A DNA stretch of 64,000 nt from Octopus sinensis (GCF_006345805.1 NC_043014.1:49848001-49912000); one strand, 5' to 3'; numbered from the stretch's first letter, positions 51,053 to 62,620 are shown. Program-made: numbers and translations. The notes: generated from the sequence alone by a model not told the origin.

Positions 51053-51306
51053 TCATCATCATCATCATCATTGTTTAACGTCCGTTCTCCGTGCTAGCAT
51101 GGGTTGGACGGTTTGATCGGGGATCTGGGAAGCCAGAAGGCTGCACCAGGCTCCAGTCTGATCTGGCAATGTTTCTACAGCTGGATGCCCTTCCTAATGC
51201 CAACCACTCCATGAGTGTAGTGGGTGCTTTTTACGTGCCACCAGCACAGGGGCCAGGCGAGGCTGACAACGGCCACGGTCGGATTGGTGCATTTTACGTG
51301 CCACCG
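51053..51306 (-). mobile_element. Family C copy
   Basis: Tail plus core motif. Confidence 0.88.
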
Positions 51307-51338
<32 letters not shown>

Positions 51339-51472
51339 TAGATATAAATACATGGGTACATGTATACATGTGTGTATGTATACATGTAGTTATAAATATG
51401 CATGCACGCTCACATACATATATGTGCATATGTATATATACATATATACTCATTTATGAATATATATACATA

Positions 51473-51553
51473 TACAGGGGGGGGCAATAAACTAACTTTA
51501 CAGTTACTTATAATAAAAAACTAACTGCAAAGTTACTTTATTGCCACCTTGTA
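51473..51553. mobile_element. ~80-bp TA-flanked Tc1/mariner-type mini-MITE
   Basis: tacagggg..gcaataaactaactttacagtta and taactgcaaagttactttattgccaccttgta are inverted repeats. Confidence 0.7.
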
Positions 51554-52084
51554 TACACACACACACACATATATACACTCATATGTATATACACATACTT
51601 GGAGTGAGAGAGGATGGGAGGGAGAGTTTCTCGAATGGTTCAGTGGTTAGAGATCTGTTAGGATTATTTATTATCACGAGTCTCTTATAAATATGTTTGT
51701 TGATGAACCAGTGTCAAAGCACCTACACAACAGTTCAACCAGTTAGAAAGAGTAGTCAGATCTCCCTCCCCCCCGAATCTCACCTTCACTGGCTTAAAAA
51801 AAAAAAAAGGATGTCACGCTGCAAAAAGGGGAATGCCAAAAATGACGGAAGATATCCACAGGTGGAATGTGTAAGGTGGAGCACAATGAGGCCTGACCTT
51901 GGGTTAAACAATAACAACACTAACTGCTTGTTGTGTTGACAACCACTACCATATATGGTATATTTATAAACAGGTGAAATCATCAATAGAATTAGTTCAA
52001 GGAGATTTAAATGTGAAAATGAGGTGTGCACAAAATGTTAAACAGGCCTTATATTATGCATTTATATGTGTGGGTGTATACGTA

Positions 52085-52257
52085 TAGGCGCAGGAGTGGC
52101 TGTGTGGTAAGTAGCTTGTTTACCAACCACATGGTTCCGGGTTCAGTCCCACTGTGTGGCACCTTGGGCAAGTGTCTTCTACTATAGCCTCGAGCCGACC
52201 AAAGCCTTGTGAGTGGATTTTGTAGACGGAAACTGAAAGAAGCCTGTCGTATATATG

Positions 52258-52288
<31 letters not shown>

Positions 52289-52502
52289 GTGTGTGTGTGT
52301 GTCTGTGTTTGTCCCCCTAGCATTGCTTGACAGCCGATGCTGGTGTGTTTATGTCCCCGTTACTTAGCGGTTTGGCAAAAGAGACTGATAGAATAAGTAC
52401 TGGGCTTACAAAAGAATAAGTCCCGGGGTCAAGTTGCTCAATTAAAGGCGGTGCTCCAGCATGGCTGCAGTCAAATGACTGAAACAAGTAAAAGAGTAAA
52501 AG
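52085..52502 (+). mobile_element. SINE A with a 37-bp flanking direct repeat
   Basis: 52044-52080 versus 52503-52539, 2 mismatches. Confidence 0.9.
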
Positions 52503-52736
52503 AGGCCTTATATTATGCATGTATGTGTGTGGGTGTATATATACATATATATATATGTGCACATATACACACCTATATAGGGTGGGCCAAACGTCAGGCA
52601 TATAATAAGTTCAATACACTTAGAAATTGCTGAAGACCGACTTAAGTTTTTTTAAAAATTGAATAAAGAAAATAGAATAAGGATGAATACGCTCATACTT
52701 GTATGTGAACCTAATGAATGATAATAATTATAATAA

Positions 52737-53247
52737 TAATAATATGCCCTGATGCAGTACCAAGCAGTGGCTCTCGTGGCTTCTGATCTTAACTGATTGG
52801 AAGTGTTATCATGTACATTGTTTTGTCTTGGTATAAAAAGATGGGCTACAGCAAATATTCTGCTCAATACCACAGATTTGCTTGTCAGTTGTTTGACCTT
52901 AACCAGTTGAGCATGTCCCTTGGTGGCTGATGATTTGTGCATCTCTGATCACGAGCAGAAGTAGTGGGGGAGCATCATAGCCATGTGTTAAAAGGAATTC
53001 TTTGGGGTTTAAATAATTCACCTCTGGAAACATGGGTGTTTCATTCAACATCCTTAACCCTTATTCAGGGACCTTTTGAGCGGGATGGACTACTCAGCCT
53101 GAAGAAGATTCTAAGTGGGCCCTACCTGCAAGGTCATGCATTGTTTAGCTTGATACGAGATCACCATGTCACGCACATATGGTTGTGATGCATGTGCCTG
53201 GTGAACCCTTATCACACGGGTAGTCATGATGGATACACTGGGCTTCG
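52737..53247. repeat. Interspersed repeat family J (~510 bp, bounded by (AAT)n)
   Basis: Homologous to 14509-14976. Confidence 0.85.
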
Positions 53248-54236
53248 TATATTTTAACCCAGTGTCGCTTTGATGGCATGTACTGCTCTCTCACTCAATA
53301 ATAATAATGTAATTTGAACAAAATGTTAAATGTTTTAGTGCATGACTTTTGGTCCATTATGCAGATCATTTAATGTCAGTCTAATAAGGTGGTGAGCTGG
53401 CAAAATCGTTGGCATGCTGGGAAAATTGCTTAGCAGTATTTTGGCCATCTTCATACTCTGAGTTCTAATGTCACAGGGGTCCACTTTGCCTTTCATTTTT
53501 TCCAAGGTCAGTAAAATAAGTAGCAGTTCATTACTGAGGTCGATGTAATCGTCTTAACTTACTCCTGGGTAGGAGTATAGAAGCTCCACCCCCCTCTGCC
53601 AATCCATGTCAAGCCAGTGTGACAGAGTAGGCTCATCAAACCGGTATGATCTCAAGCTCAAATTCACATGCCATTAAAGAAAAGCCAGAACAACAAACAT
53701 ACACACACACACACACACTATTGTGGGCATGGATGTGTGGTTAAGAAGTTCACTTCTCAACCATATGGTTTCAGGTTCAGTCCCACTGCATGCCATGTCG
53801 GACAAGTGTTTTTATTGAGAACAACAATTTATGTTTTGTTTAAATATGAATATAAAATTATATCTTTATCTTTTCATAAAAATATATCCACCCTCTTTTC
53901 TCTCTGGGGTAGCCATATGTCTCTCCCCTGCAGCAAACACCTGTTCCTGTCCCCTCTTTCCTATTTAACCCTTTCTACACCTGACACTAAGCCACTTCCT
54001 TCAGTACTACATCCTCCCCTCTGTAAAGGGTTTTGTTTTGCAAGTTGTTTGGTAACTCTACTGATACTGCTGCTACAAAAAAAAATGCACCCAGTGCACT
54101 CTGTAAAGTGGCAGGCATTAGAAAGTGCATTCTGTCATAGAAACCTTGCCAGTGTAGACAGTGCACCCCAATGCAAGCTTCAGGCTAGCCAGATCTTGTT
54201 GAACTATCCAACCCATGTGAGCATAAAACATGAATA

Positions 54237-54465
54237 TTAACCCTTTAATCTTCAGATTACTCTGTTAATTGTAATGCTTTTTCACTCAAATTGTTTTGAA
54301 TTAATCTTGCATTATCTCATAGCTTTGAGGTTTCAATGATGTGATTACTTTTTTTTTAGAATGTCAATGCAGGTTTGGTGTGAGAGGCCAGATATGGCTT
54401 GTTCAAATATAAAACATGTAGAATATTTGGGCCGAATGTGGCCAGTTTAAACACTAAAGGGTTAA
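54237..54465. mobile_element. TTAA-flanked piggyBac-type MITE
   Basis: ttaa-cccttta ... ctaaaggg-ttaa. Confidence 0.82.
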
Positions 54466-54731
54466 AAGATGAGATTAAGGTCTTACTGTTGATGTTGGTC
54501 CTGGACATGGGGAGGGGGGATCGATGTAAGTGACTAGTTCCCCACCACCATCACTACCTTCAGCACAAGATTTCAGGCCTCGTGCCTACACCAGAAAAGA
54601 TAATTGTTCCCAGTACTGAAGATGTTGAAGACTGGGTTTTCGGATTCGTTAGTGCCATTACATAACTTAATGTAGTGCCTCCGCAAAGTCAGCCTTTTGT
54701 GGTGTAGCCTTTGTTTTTTTGTTGTTTGTGA

Positions 54732-54823
54732 GGTAGCGTGGCCGAGTTGGTCTGGTCTAAGGTGCTGGTTTTAGGCGCAAGTCTCTTCGGACGGAGGCGT
54801 GGGTTCGAATCCCATCGCTGCCA
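54732..54823 (+). pseudogene. tRNA-Leu(UAG)-derived gene with three small insertions, probably a pseudogene
   Basis: GGTAGCG/CGCTGCC acceptor stem, anticodon loop TTTAGGC, variable arm, GGTTCGAATCCC T-loop/B box and a downstream TTTTT. 92 nt versus about 82 nt for a canonical tRNA-Leu. One G-A mismatch in the anticodon stem. Confidence 0.85.
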
Positions 54824-55271
54824 AACGATAATTTTTAAATTGGCGGTGCCCCAGCATTGCCACAGCACCACACGTGAGGTGAAATAAATAAAAAAAAAAA
54901 AAAAAAAACACACGAAGTGAAGGTGAGTGGGGGGGGATGGTTGTTAATCCTTCAATATTAAAAATAAAGATATATTGCAAGCATAAGGCGTTTTGCCTTC
55001 TTCAAGTCTCGCTGGGTTTTGCTCACACTCGTTCTTAATCAACCTCTTAGAACCCCCCCCACCTCATCCCCCCCACACACACACACGAGACTCGCATAAT
55101 CAGACACATGCATTTAAGTGGAAGTCGGCACGTGATCCGCACCCCCCACCCCCGATCGAAACATTCAGAGTTCGTTGGCCTTCTTATCAAGGGAGATAAC
55201 TTTGCTTTTGTAGAATTATTTTCTGTCGTGTCTGGGGGAGAGTCATTTTCTTTTTTTGTGCCTTATTAATA

Positions 55272-55671
55272 ACTTGCAGTATCGCCCGGCGTTGCTCGGG
55301 TTTGTAAGGGAAATAACTATATAAGCATTTTTAGAGAGTTATAGCCAAAAATTAGCAAAAAAATGCATTAAAAAAGGGGAAAAAAAGGATGGTAAATTTT
55401 TTTTTAAATCGTTGACTCATCGTAGACATTTTTAGAGTGTTACTTCCCTTATATAATAGCGAAAAAATGCATTAAAATGGGAAAAAATTATGGTATTTTT
55501 TTTTTAAATCGTAGACTCATCGTAGACGCGCGCTAATACCCCGAAGGGCTCGATATGAATCACGACTATAAGATACCCGAATTTGGTTAAACTGCACCGC
55601 AAAATGTGGGAGTAGTTAGGAATCTAAATCGTAGGAGACAGACACACAACTTCACTTTTATATATAAAGAT
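55272..55671 (+). mobile_element. Non-autonomous Helitron-type (HINE-like) element
   Basis: 5' acttgcagtatcgcccggcgttgctcgggtttgt and 3' acacacaacttcacttttatatataaagat. Confidence 0.65.
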
Positions 55672-55812
55672 GTAACACACTCACCGGTAAAAATAAAAAT
55701 AAGAAATAAGTGGAAATTTTACCGGTGTGCGTGTGTGTGTGTTACATTATAAGGCACAAAAAGAAAATGACTCTCCCCAGACACAACAGAAAATGCTTCA
55801 ACACACGAACTC

Positions 55813-56230
55813 GGATCTTTTCGGTTTGAACGGCAGTTTTTTCTAGCGGTGTCATATGAAATTGTCACCCATAATTATGACCCTAGTATCGATCTATTGC
55901 ATTTCAATCTGTTTTGGGGTTAGGGTTAGGGGTGGGGGGTATCTTTTTTTCTTCACAAATGTAAATAAACCCAATCTGTTTCTTAAACGAGGGACATATT
56001 CATACGGCACAATGTTTTTTTTTTACCTCAATAGACGTCAGTGATTGGTTGAAATTGCAGAAATTGAAGAAAAAAAAACAACAACAAATGTCTTACAAAC
56101 TGTAGAATTTTCTCAATAAAGCCAAGAGAAAAAGATGTTTTATAAAAACATTCTACTAGTATACAAAATTTTAAATCTTTTTTTTACCTAGAAATTATGT
56201 TAAAAACTGCCGTTCAAACCGAAAAGATCC
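55813..56230. mobile_element. MITE with ~30-bp GGATCTTTTCGGTTTGAACGGCAG TIRs (MULE- or Merlin-type)
   Basis: 9-bp TSD cacgaactc/cacaaactc at 55804-55812 and 56231-56239. Opposite orientation to the 60490 copy. Confidence 0.85.
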
Positions 56231-56881
56231 CACAAACTCATATAAAGAATCTTGCCAACCAAATCCAAAAACGAAATTTTCTTTGTAGAATTTTCTGTAT
56301 ACCAGTGAGGTTTCCGTTTCGTTGTAGTCCCAAGTCTCCACCTCAAATCACATCTTATTATCTTAAGAAATTTAACACACAGCAGGCCAGTCCTGTAGTC
56401 CTTGATACACTTATGTCTGAATAAGATGGGACAGTTCTGACTGGAATGCCTTCTGCTGTATCGGAGTTGATCTGGAGTGAAATAACAACATGAATATACA
56501 CCCTGCACTCCTCCTCATTGAAGTCTTACTCGGTGAAAGAGTAGTCACTCACTTATTAGAAGTAGAAGTCAAATCTCTCTTAAATTTTACCCCACTTTCT
56601 TGAAAATGGAAGGACATTAGATTACATAAAACGGACACACACAAACACACACACACACACACACATGGGATGGCCTTCTTTCAGTTACCAGCTACCAAAT
56701 CCACCCACGAGGCTTTGGTTGACCCTAGGTTGTAGTAAAAGACACTTGCCCAAGGTACCATGTAGGGGGACTGAACCTGGAACCATGTGGTTGGGAAGTG
56801 AACTTCTTAACCACACAGCTGTGTCTCATCATTTTAACGACCATTTTATTACGATTGTATGATGAGTCAGACAAACATCAT

Positions 56882-57286
56882 TACTCTTTTACTTGTTTCA
56901 GTCATTTAACTGCGGCCATGCTGGAGCACCGCCTTTTAGTCGAGCAAATCGACCCAGGGACTTATTCTTTGTAAGCCTAGTACTTATTCTATCGGTCTCT
57001 TTTTACCAAACCACTAAGTTACAGGGACGTAAACACATCAGCATCTGTTGTCAAGCGATGTTGGGGAGACAAACACAGACACACAAACATATACACACAC
57101 ATACATACACATATATATATACATATATACGACAGGCTTCTTTCAGTTTCCGTCTACTAAATCCACTCACAAGGCTTTGGTTGACCCTAGGCTGTAGTAG
57201 AAGACACTTGCCCAAGGTGCCACGCAGTGGGACTGAACCCAGAACCATGTGGTTGGTAAACATTCTACTTACCACACAGCCACTCT
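56882..57286 (-). mobile_element. SINE family A
   Basis: Complete copy. Confidence 0.9.
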
Positions 57287-57617
57287 CTATGGACCAGATG
57301 CTCTTCGTGCTGTTAAATCTCACCTGTTTCCATGCAAGATAATATTGGCACCTGGTCTCCAAATATTAAACAGCTCAGTGGCTGAAGATTGCATACAAAT
57401 GACACATCACTTGTATAATGGTGACATTCGGTTATAGTCAGTTCACAGTTGATATGAACACACACACACACACACATGATAACGATAATAATATCTATTT
57501 TCTATATTTTCTGGTCATTGCAGAATTAATTTGAAGAATTTACTTCATAAAAACACACACAAATAAATATTCTCGTGTTTTATCTCATGAACAAAAATTC
57601 CAAACTGAACAGAAGAA

Positions 57618-57835
57618 TCATCATTGTTCGACCGTGGTCGAGACAATGGAATTTACCATGCTACGCCAGACTTCACGGTCCATCATGGCATTACGGAGGT
57701 CCTGTTGCTGGATGCCTGTATTCCTGGAGATTACATCAGGGTAGGAGAGTGTGCGCCCTCTGGTATTGTGAGTAGATGGCTTCCAGAGGAGAAGAGTAGA
57801 AATTGCCTTGTTTTCAGCTCTAGAACAGAACAATA
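57618..57835 (-). mobile_element. RTE-type LINE ORF C-terminus / 3' end
   Basis: STLLLWKPSTHNTRGRTLSYPDVISRNTGIQQQDLRNAMMDREVWRSMV resembles the RTE ...L...M.DR..WR..V terminus, followed by a tgat tail. Confidence 0.8.
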
Positions 57836-58322
57836 CCATAACTAATCAACACACACACACACATATGGAGCGAGACATGGGCATAGCTGTGTGGTTAATA
57901 AGTTTGCTTTCTAATCACATGGTTTCTGGTTCAGTCCCACTGTGTGGCATCTGGCTGTTAACTCCAGGCTGACGTTGTTAGTGGATTTGATAGATTTGGT
58001 GAATGGAAACTGAGTGGAAGGCTATCATGTGTGCGTGTGTACATGTATGTATATGCACACACATGTACGTATTTGTGTTTGTTTCCACACCTGTTGACAA
58101 CTGGTGTTGGTTTATTTACATCCAATACTAGTTGTTAAGTGATTCAGCAAAGGTGCCCAATGGAATACATAACATACAAAGAATAACTACTGTTTCTTAT
58201 TTAAATGTCTTTTTCTCTTACAATCTTCACTTGTCTTCCTTTTATATAAAGATGTACAATTTGTCTGTTCCTTATGTAAAAATATGTCTGAATCATCTTT
58301 TATTTTTTTCCATTATTTGCAG

Positions 58323-58396
58323 GATATATTAAGGTGTCGTGTGTTAACATCTGGAATCTTTGAAACCAGATTTATTGTTGATAAAGTAAATTTCCA
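58323..58396 (+). CDS. GNAS: G-alpha-s exon (switch I/G2): [24 protein letters not shown](H)
   Basis: Acceptor ttatttgcag and donor gtaagt. 74 nt. Contains the [12 protein letters not shown] motif with the Arg201-equivalent codon cgt at 58338-58340. Confidence 0.98.
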
Positions 58397-58782
58397 GTAA
58401 GTTCTTCATTTTATTTATTTATTGCTTGTTTTTTTGTTTTTTTTAAATATTTTCACATGAATTTTTGTTGAGCAGTGTCTGTCATTTCCAAGCTTCCATG
58501 TAAACCTGTCTGGCGTTGGGAAAATGTTACCTGACTTGGAAACAGGTGAGGATTGGCAACAGGAAAGGCATCTGACCATAAAAAAATCTGCTTCAACAAA
58601 TTCCGTCTGACCCATGCAAGCATGGAAAAGTGGACGTTAAAACAATGATGACAGTGTTTTGGCAGTGAAATAGCAGAATTGTCAGCATACTTGATGAAAT
58701 GGTGACTGGCATTTCTTCATGCTTTATATTCCGAGTTCAAACGCCTCTGAGGTTGACTTTACCTTTCATCCTTTTGGAGTCT

Positions 58783-59250
58783 TATTTCTTTACTGCCCAA
58801 GAGGGGCTACACTCAGAGGGGACAAACAAGGACAGACAAATGGGCCGAGTCGATTATATCAACCCCAGTGGGTAACTGGTACTTATTTAATCAAGGTGGC
58901 AAGCTGGCAGAATCGTTAGCATGTCGGGCGAAATGCGTAGCCATATTTCGTTTGCCGTTACGTTCTGAGTTCAAATTCCGCCATGGTCGACTTTGCCTTT
59001 CATCCTGTCGGGGTCGATAAATTAAGTACCAGTTACGCACTGGGGTCGATGTAATCGACTTAATACCTATGTCTGTCCTTGTTTGTCCCCTCTATGTTTA
59101 GCCCCTTGTGGGTAATAAAGAAATAGGTACTTATTTAATTAACCCCGAAAGGCTGAAAGGCAAAGTTGACCTCAGCGGAATTTGAACTCAGAGCGTAAAG
59201 ACAGACGGAATACCGCCAAGCATTTTGCCCGGCATGCTAACGTTTCTGCC
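58783..59250. mobile_element. Plus-strand SINE B (58892-59125) inserted in a minus-strand SINE B
   Basis: 14-bp TSD ggtacttatttaat at 58878-58891 and 59126-59139. Confidence 0.9.
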
Positions 59251-59490
59251 AGGTGTACTCCTGTCTTGACATCATGTGATGGTTGTCAATGAGATCATCG
59301 TCATAGAAGCAGGGTTGTTTGTCTCTGGTCTTCTGTATAGAAACATTTCTAGCCACGGTCAATATTATCTTGCCTGGAAACAGGCACGGATTGGTGATAG
59401 AAGGGCATCTTGTCACAGACAATCTGCCTCAAGAAATTCCATTTGACTCATGCAAGCATTGGAAAAGGGGACATTAAATGATGATAATCA

Positions 59491-59522
<32 letters not shown>

Positions 59523-59818
59523 CTCACACACACATGCATAGGTGTGGCACCTAGGACAAGTATCTTCTGCTGTTAACTCCAGGCTGACCAATGCCTTGTT
59601 AGTGGATTTGATAGATTTGGTGGATGGGAACTGAGTGCAAGGCTATCGTGTGTGTGTGTGTGCATGCACATGTGTGTGTATGCACACACACACACACACA
59701 CACACACGTATGTGTTTGTGTTTGTTTCCACAGCTGTTGACAACTGGTGTTGGTTTGTTTACATCCAATACTAGTTGTTAAGCGATTCCGCAAAGGAGCC
59801 CAATGGAATACATAACAT

Positions 59819-60165
59819 CATCATCATCATCGTTTAACGTCCGTTTTCCGCGCTAGCACGGGTTGGACGGTTCGACCGGGGTCTGGGGAGCCAGGGGCTG
59901 CCCCAGGCTCCAGTCTGATCTGGCAGTGTTTCTACAGCTGGATGCCCTTCCTAACGCCAACCACTCTGCGAGTGTAGTGGGTGCTTTTTACGTGCCACCT
60001 GCACAGGTGCCAGAGGGGTCCGGCATCGGCCACGATCGGTTGGTGCTTTTTATGTGCCACCAGCACAGAAGCCAGTCGAGGCGGTGCTGGCACCGGCCAC
60101 GTTCAGATGGTGCTTTTTATGTGCCACCGGCACAGAAGCTAGTCGAGGCGGGGCTGGCATCGGCC
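59819..60165 (-). mobile_element. Family C copy inserted in an older SINE A remnant
   Basis: TSD aacat at 59814-59818 and 60166-60170. The pre-insertion sequence is visible at ~58146-58170. Confidence 0.9.
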
Positions 60166-60270
60166 AACATACAAAGAATAACTACTGGATTCAATTTGTT
60201 CAACTGCACAAACATATATACATGCACATCCTTCTATTCTATTCTATTCCGTTATGTTTTCTCTTTGCAG

Positions 60271-60450
60271 TATGTTTGATGTAGGCGGCCAAAGAGATGA
60301 AAGAAGAAAGTGGATCCAATGTTTTAATGATGTAACAGCCATAATATTTGTCACTGCATGTAGCAGTTATAATCTTGTACTACGAGAAGATAACACTCAA
60401 AATAGACTTAAAGAATCTTTAGAATTGTTTCAAAGTATTTGGAATAACAG
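60271..60450 (+). CDS. GNAS: G-alpha-s exon (G3/switch II-III): [59 protein letters not shown](R)
   Basis: Acceptor ctctttgcag and donor gtgagt. 180 nt. DVGGQ motif and the G-alpha-s-diagnostic [21 protein letters not shown]. Confidence 0.99.
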
Positions 60451-60489
60451 GTGAGTACAACCTCTCATTTACTACTCTTTACATATTTT

Positions 60490-60932
60490 GGATCTTTTCG
60501 GTTTGAACGGCAGTTTTTTAAAAATAATTTCCACGTAACTAAACACTTTTAAACTTTGTAAACTGGTAGAATGTATTTATAAAACATCTTTTTCTCTTGG
60601 CTTTATTGAGAAAATTCTATAGTTTGTAAGATATTTGTTGTTTTTTTTTCTTCAATTTCTGCAATTTCAACCAATCAATGACATCTATTGAGGTGAAAAC
60701 ATTCTGTGCATATGAACATTCTGTGTATGAAAGTGTCCCTTGTTTAAGAAACAGATTGGGTTTATTTACATTTGTGAAGAAAAAAAGATACCCTTCCCCC
60801 CACCCCTAACCCCAACTAACCCTAACCCTAAAACAGATTGAAATGCAATAGATCAGTACTAGGGTCATAATTATGGGTGACAATTTCATATGACACCGCT
60901 AGAAAAAACTGCCGTTCGAACCGAAAAGATCC
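60490..60932. mobile_element. MITE with GGATC TIRs (MULE- or Merlin-type)
   Basis: 8-bp TSD catatttt at 60482-60489 and 60933-60940. Confidence 0.88.
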
Positions 60933-61490
60933 CATATTTTCCTCCCCCTTCTCCTTCTTGCTTGTTTCCCCCCTTTTCCTTAAGAAGGGCTTGGGTTGGG
61001 TCCTAGCACTTCTCAAGCAGTTCTATATATTTCATAAGAAAGAACAATAATATTATATATACATACATATATACACTTGGTCATTAAATAAATTCTTTGA
61101 AGTATCTTTCTTATACTGTATTGCAACATATACACAGAATTACATTTTATACCTAAAAATGAGTATTTTTTCTAATACATCATTTTTTCAGCTAAATCAT
61201 GATTCATTATTTACATTATTTACATTTGATGGATATTTGTCCTCATCCTGTTTGTTGTCATCACAACGTTTCAGCTGCTTTGTTTCTTATGCTACCTCAT
61301 TAGTATTATACACACACACACACACACACGCACTTCTGTTTCGAAACTATTACATTTATCATATTTGCTAGTGTATAAGTCACACCACTAATTTAGTCTT
61401 AAATCTAGGTACTGAATTGTTTCCCATTTATAGTTTTAGCTTTGACCCATGTATAAGTTACAACCAAGTTTTTACAGTTAAAAAAAGCAA

Positions 61491-62057
61491 TATGAGGGGC
61501 TGCTGAAAAGCTCCTGGCTTTGGGTAAAAGAAAACACAGGAGGATCAGTTAGTTATGATTTTATTCAACATATTCCCCTCTCAGATTCACACACTTATTG
61601 CAGTGGTCCTTTAGTTCTTCTAAGCCCTGTCAAGGAATTGGGAAGGTTGGGCCTCCAGTCAGGCCTTTCGCAAAACCCTTAAAGCTAGGAATTTTTCAGC
61701 AGCTATCATGCATGCATACATACATACATACATAAATACATACATATGTACATATACATACATACATACACACGCACACACATACGTACGTACATACATA
61801 CGTATGTACATAAATACATACACACACACACACACACATATGAAGGGGTACTGCAAAGTTCCTGGCTTTGGGTAAAATAAGATACAGGAGGATCACTTAT
61901 TTATGAATTTATTCAACATATTCCCCTCTCAGATTCACACAATTATTGCAGTGATCCTTTGGTTTTTCTAAGCCCTGTAAAAGAACTCGGAAGGCTGGGC
62001 CTCCAACCAGTCCTTTCGCAAAACCCTTAAAGCCAGGAATTTTTCAGCATCCTTTTG
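61491..62057. mobile_element. Two same-orientation mariner-type MITEs (61491-61709 and 61839-62057) separated by (CATA)n
   Basis: Termini tatgagggg..ctgaaaag.tcctggcttt and aaagc.aggaatttttcagca are inverted repeats. Confidence 0.75.
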
Positions 62058-62143
62058 AATGTTTGTGCCTGTGCATATATATGTATACTTCTGTTTTGAT
62101 GCTCTTGTATATTCATATGTGTCGTTGTTTTTTCCCTCCTCAG

Positions 62144-62274
62144 ATGGTTGAGAAGTATCTCAGTAATTCTATTCTTGAATAAACAAGATTTATTGGCCGA
62201 GAAAGTGAAAGCTGGAAAGTCAAAAATCGAAACATATTTTGCTGATTTTGAACGTTACGTAACACCTGTAGACG
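62144..62274 (+). CDS. GNAS: G-alpha-s exon (G4): [43 protein letters not shown]
   Basis: Acceptor ttttccctcctcag and donor gtaagg. 131 nt. NKQD motif. Confidence 0.98.
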
Positions 62275-62414
62275 GTAAGGAATCTCTCTCTACCTTTCCT
62301 TCTTGGAACCATCACGTTACAAAACGAATGTCTTAATCTCCTACCTGTGCTTGAACCTGTCTCTTGTATTTTCTTTCTTATTCTCTTGATCAGGAGGGAC
62401 CTTTGCTGTCGTAA

Positions 62415-62620
62415 TGACCTATAGCAGTTACTATAACCCTCACATTATTTATTACCTTTGAACTGGCAATGACCTCTGTGGTCGTTGGCAATGACCTCTA
62501 CACTAGTGTCAGTGACCTTTGTTGTGTCCTTGACCTTTATACTATTTTTACCTTTGACCTGACAATGACCCCTACAGTGGCGATGATCTTCACGATGTCT
62601 TTGACTTTTGCAATGACCGT
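62415..62620. promoter_or_regulatory. Cluster of TGACCT (AGGTCA) nuclear-receptor half-sites / degenerate ~21-bp repeat
   Basis: Exact TGACCT at 62415, 62470, 62492, 62513, 62531 and 62555. Function is not demonstrated. Confidence 0.35.

Noticed and set aside
60803-60830. Telomeric (CCCTAA)n as an interstitial telomere or fusion site
   Set aside because: Only 2-3 units, internal to a MITE and present in another copy of it.
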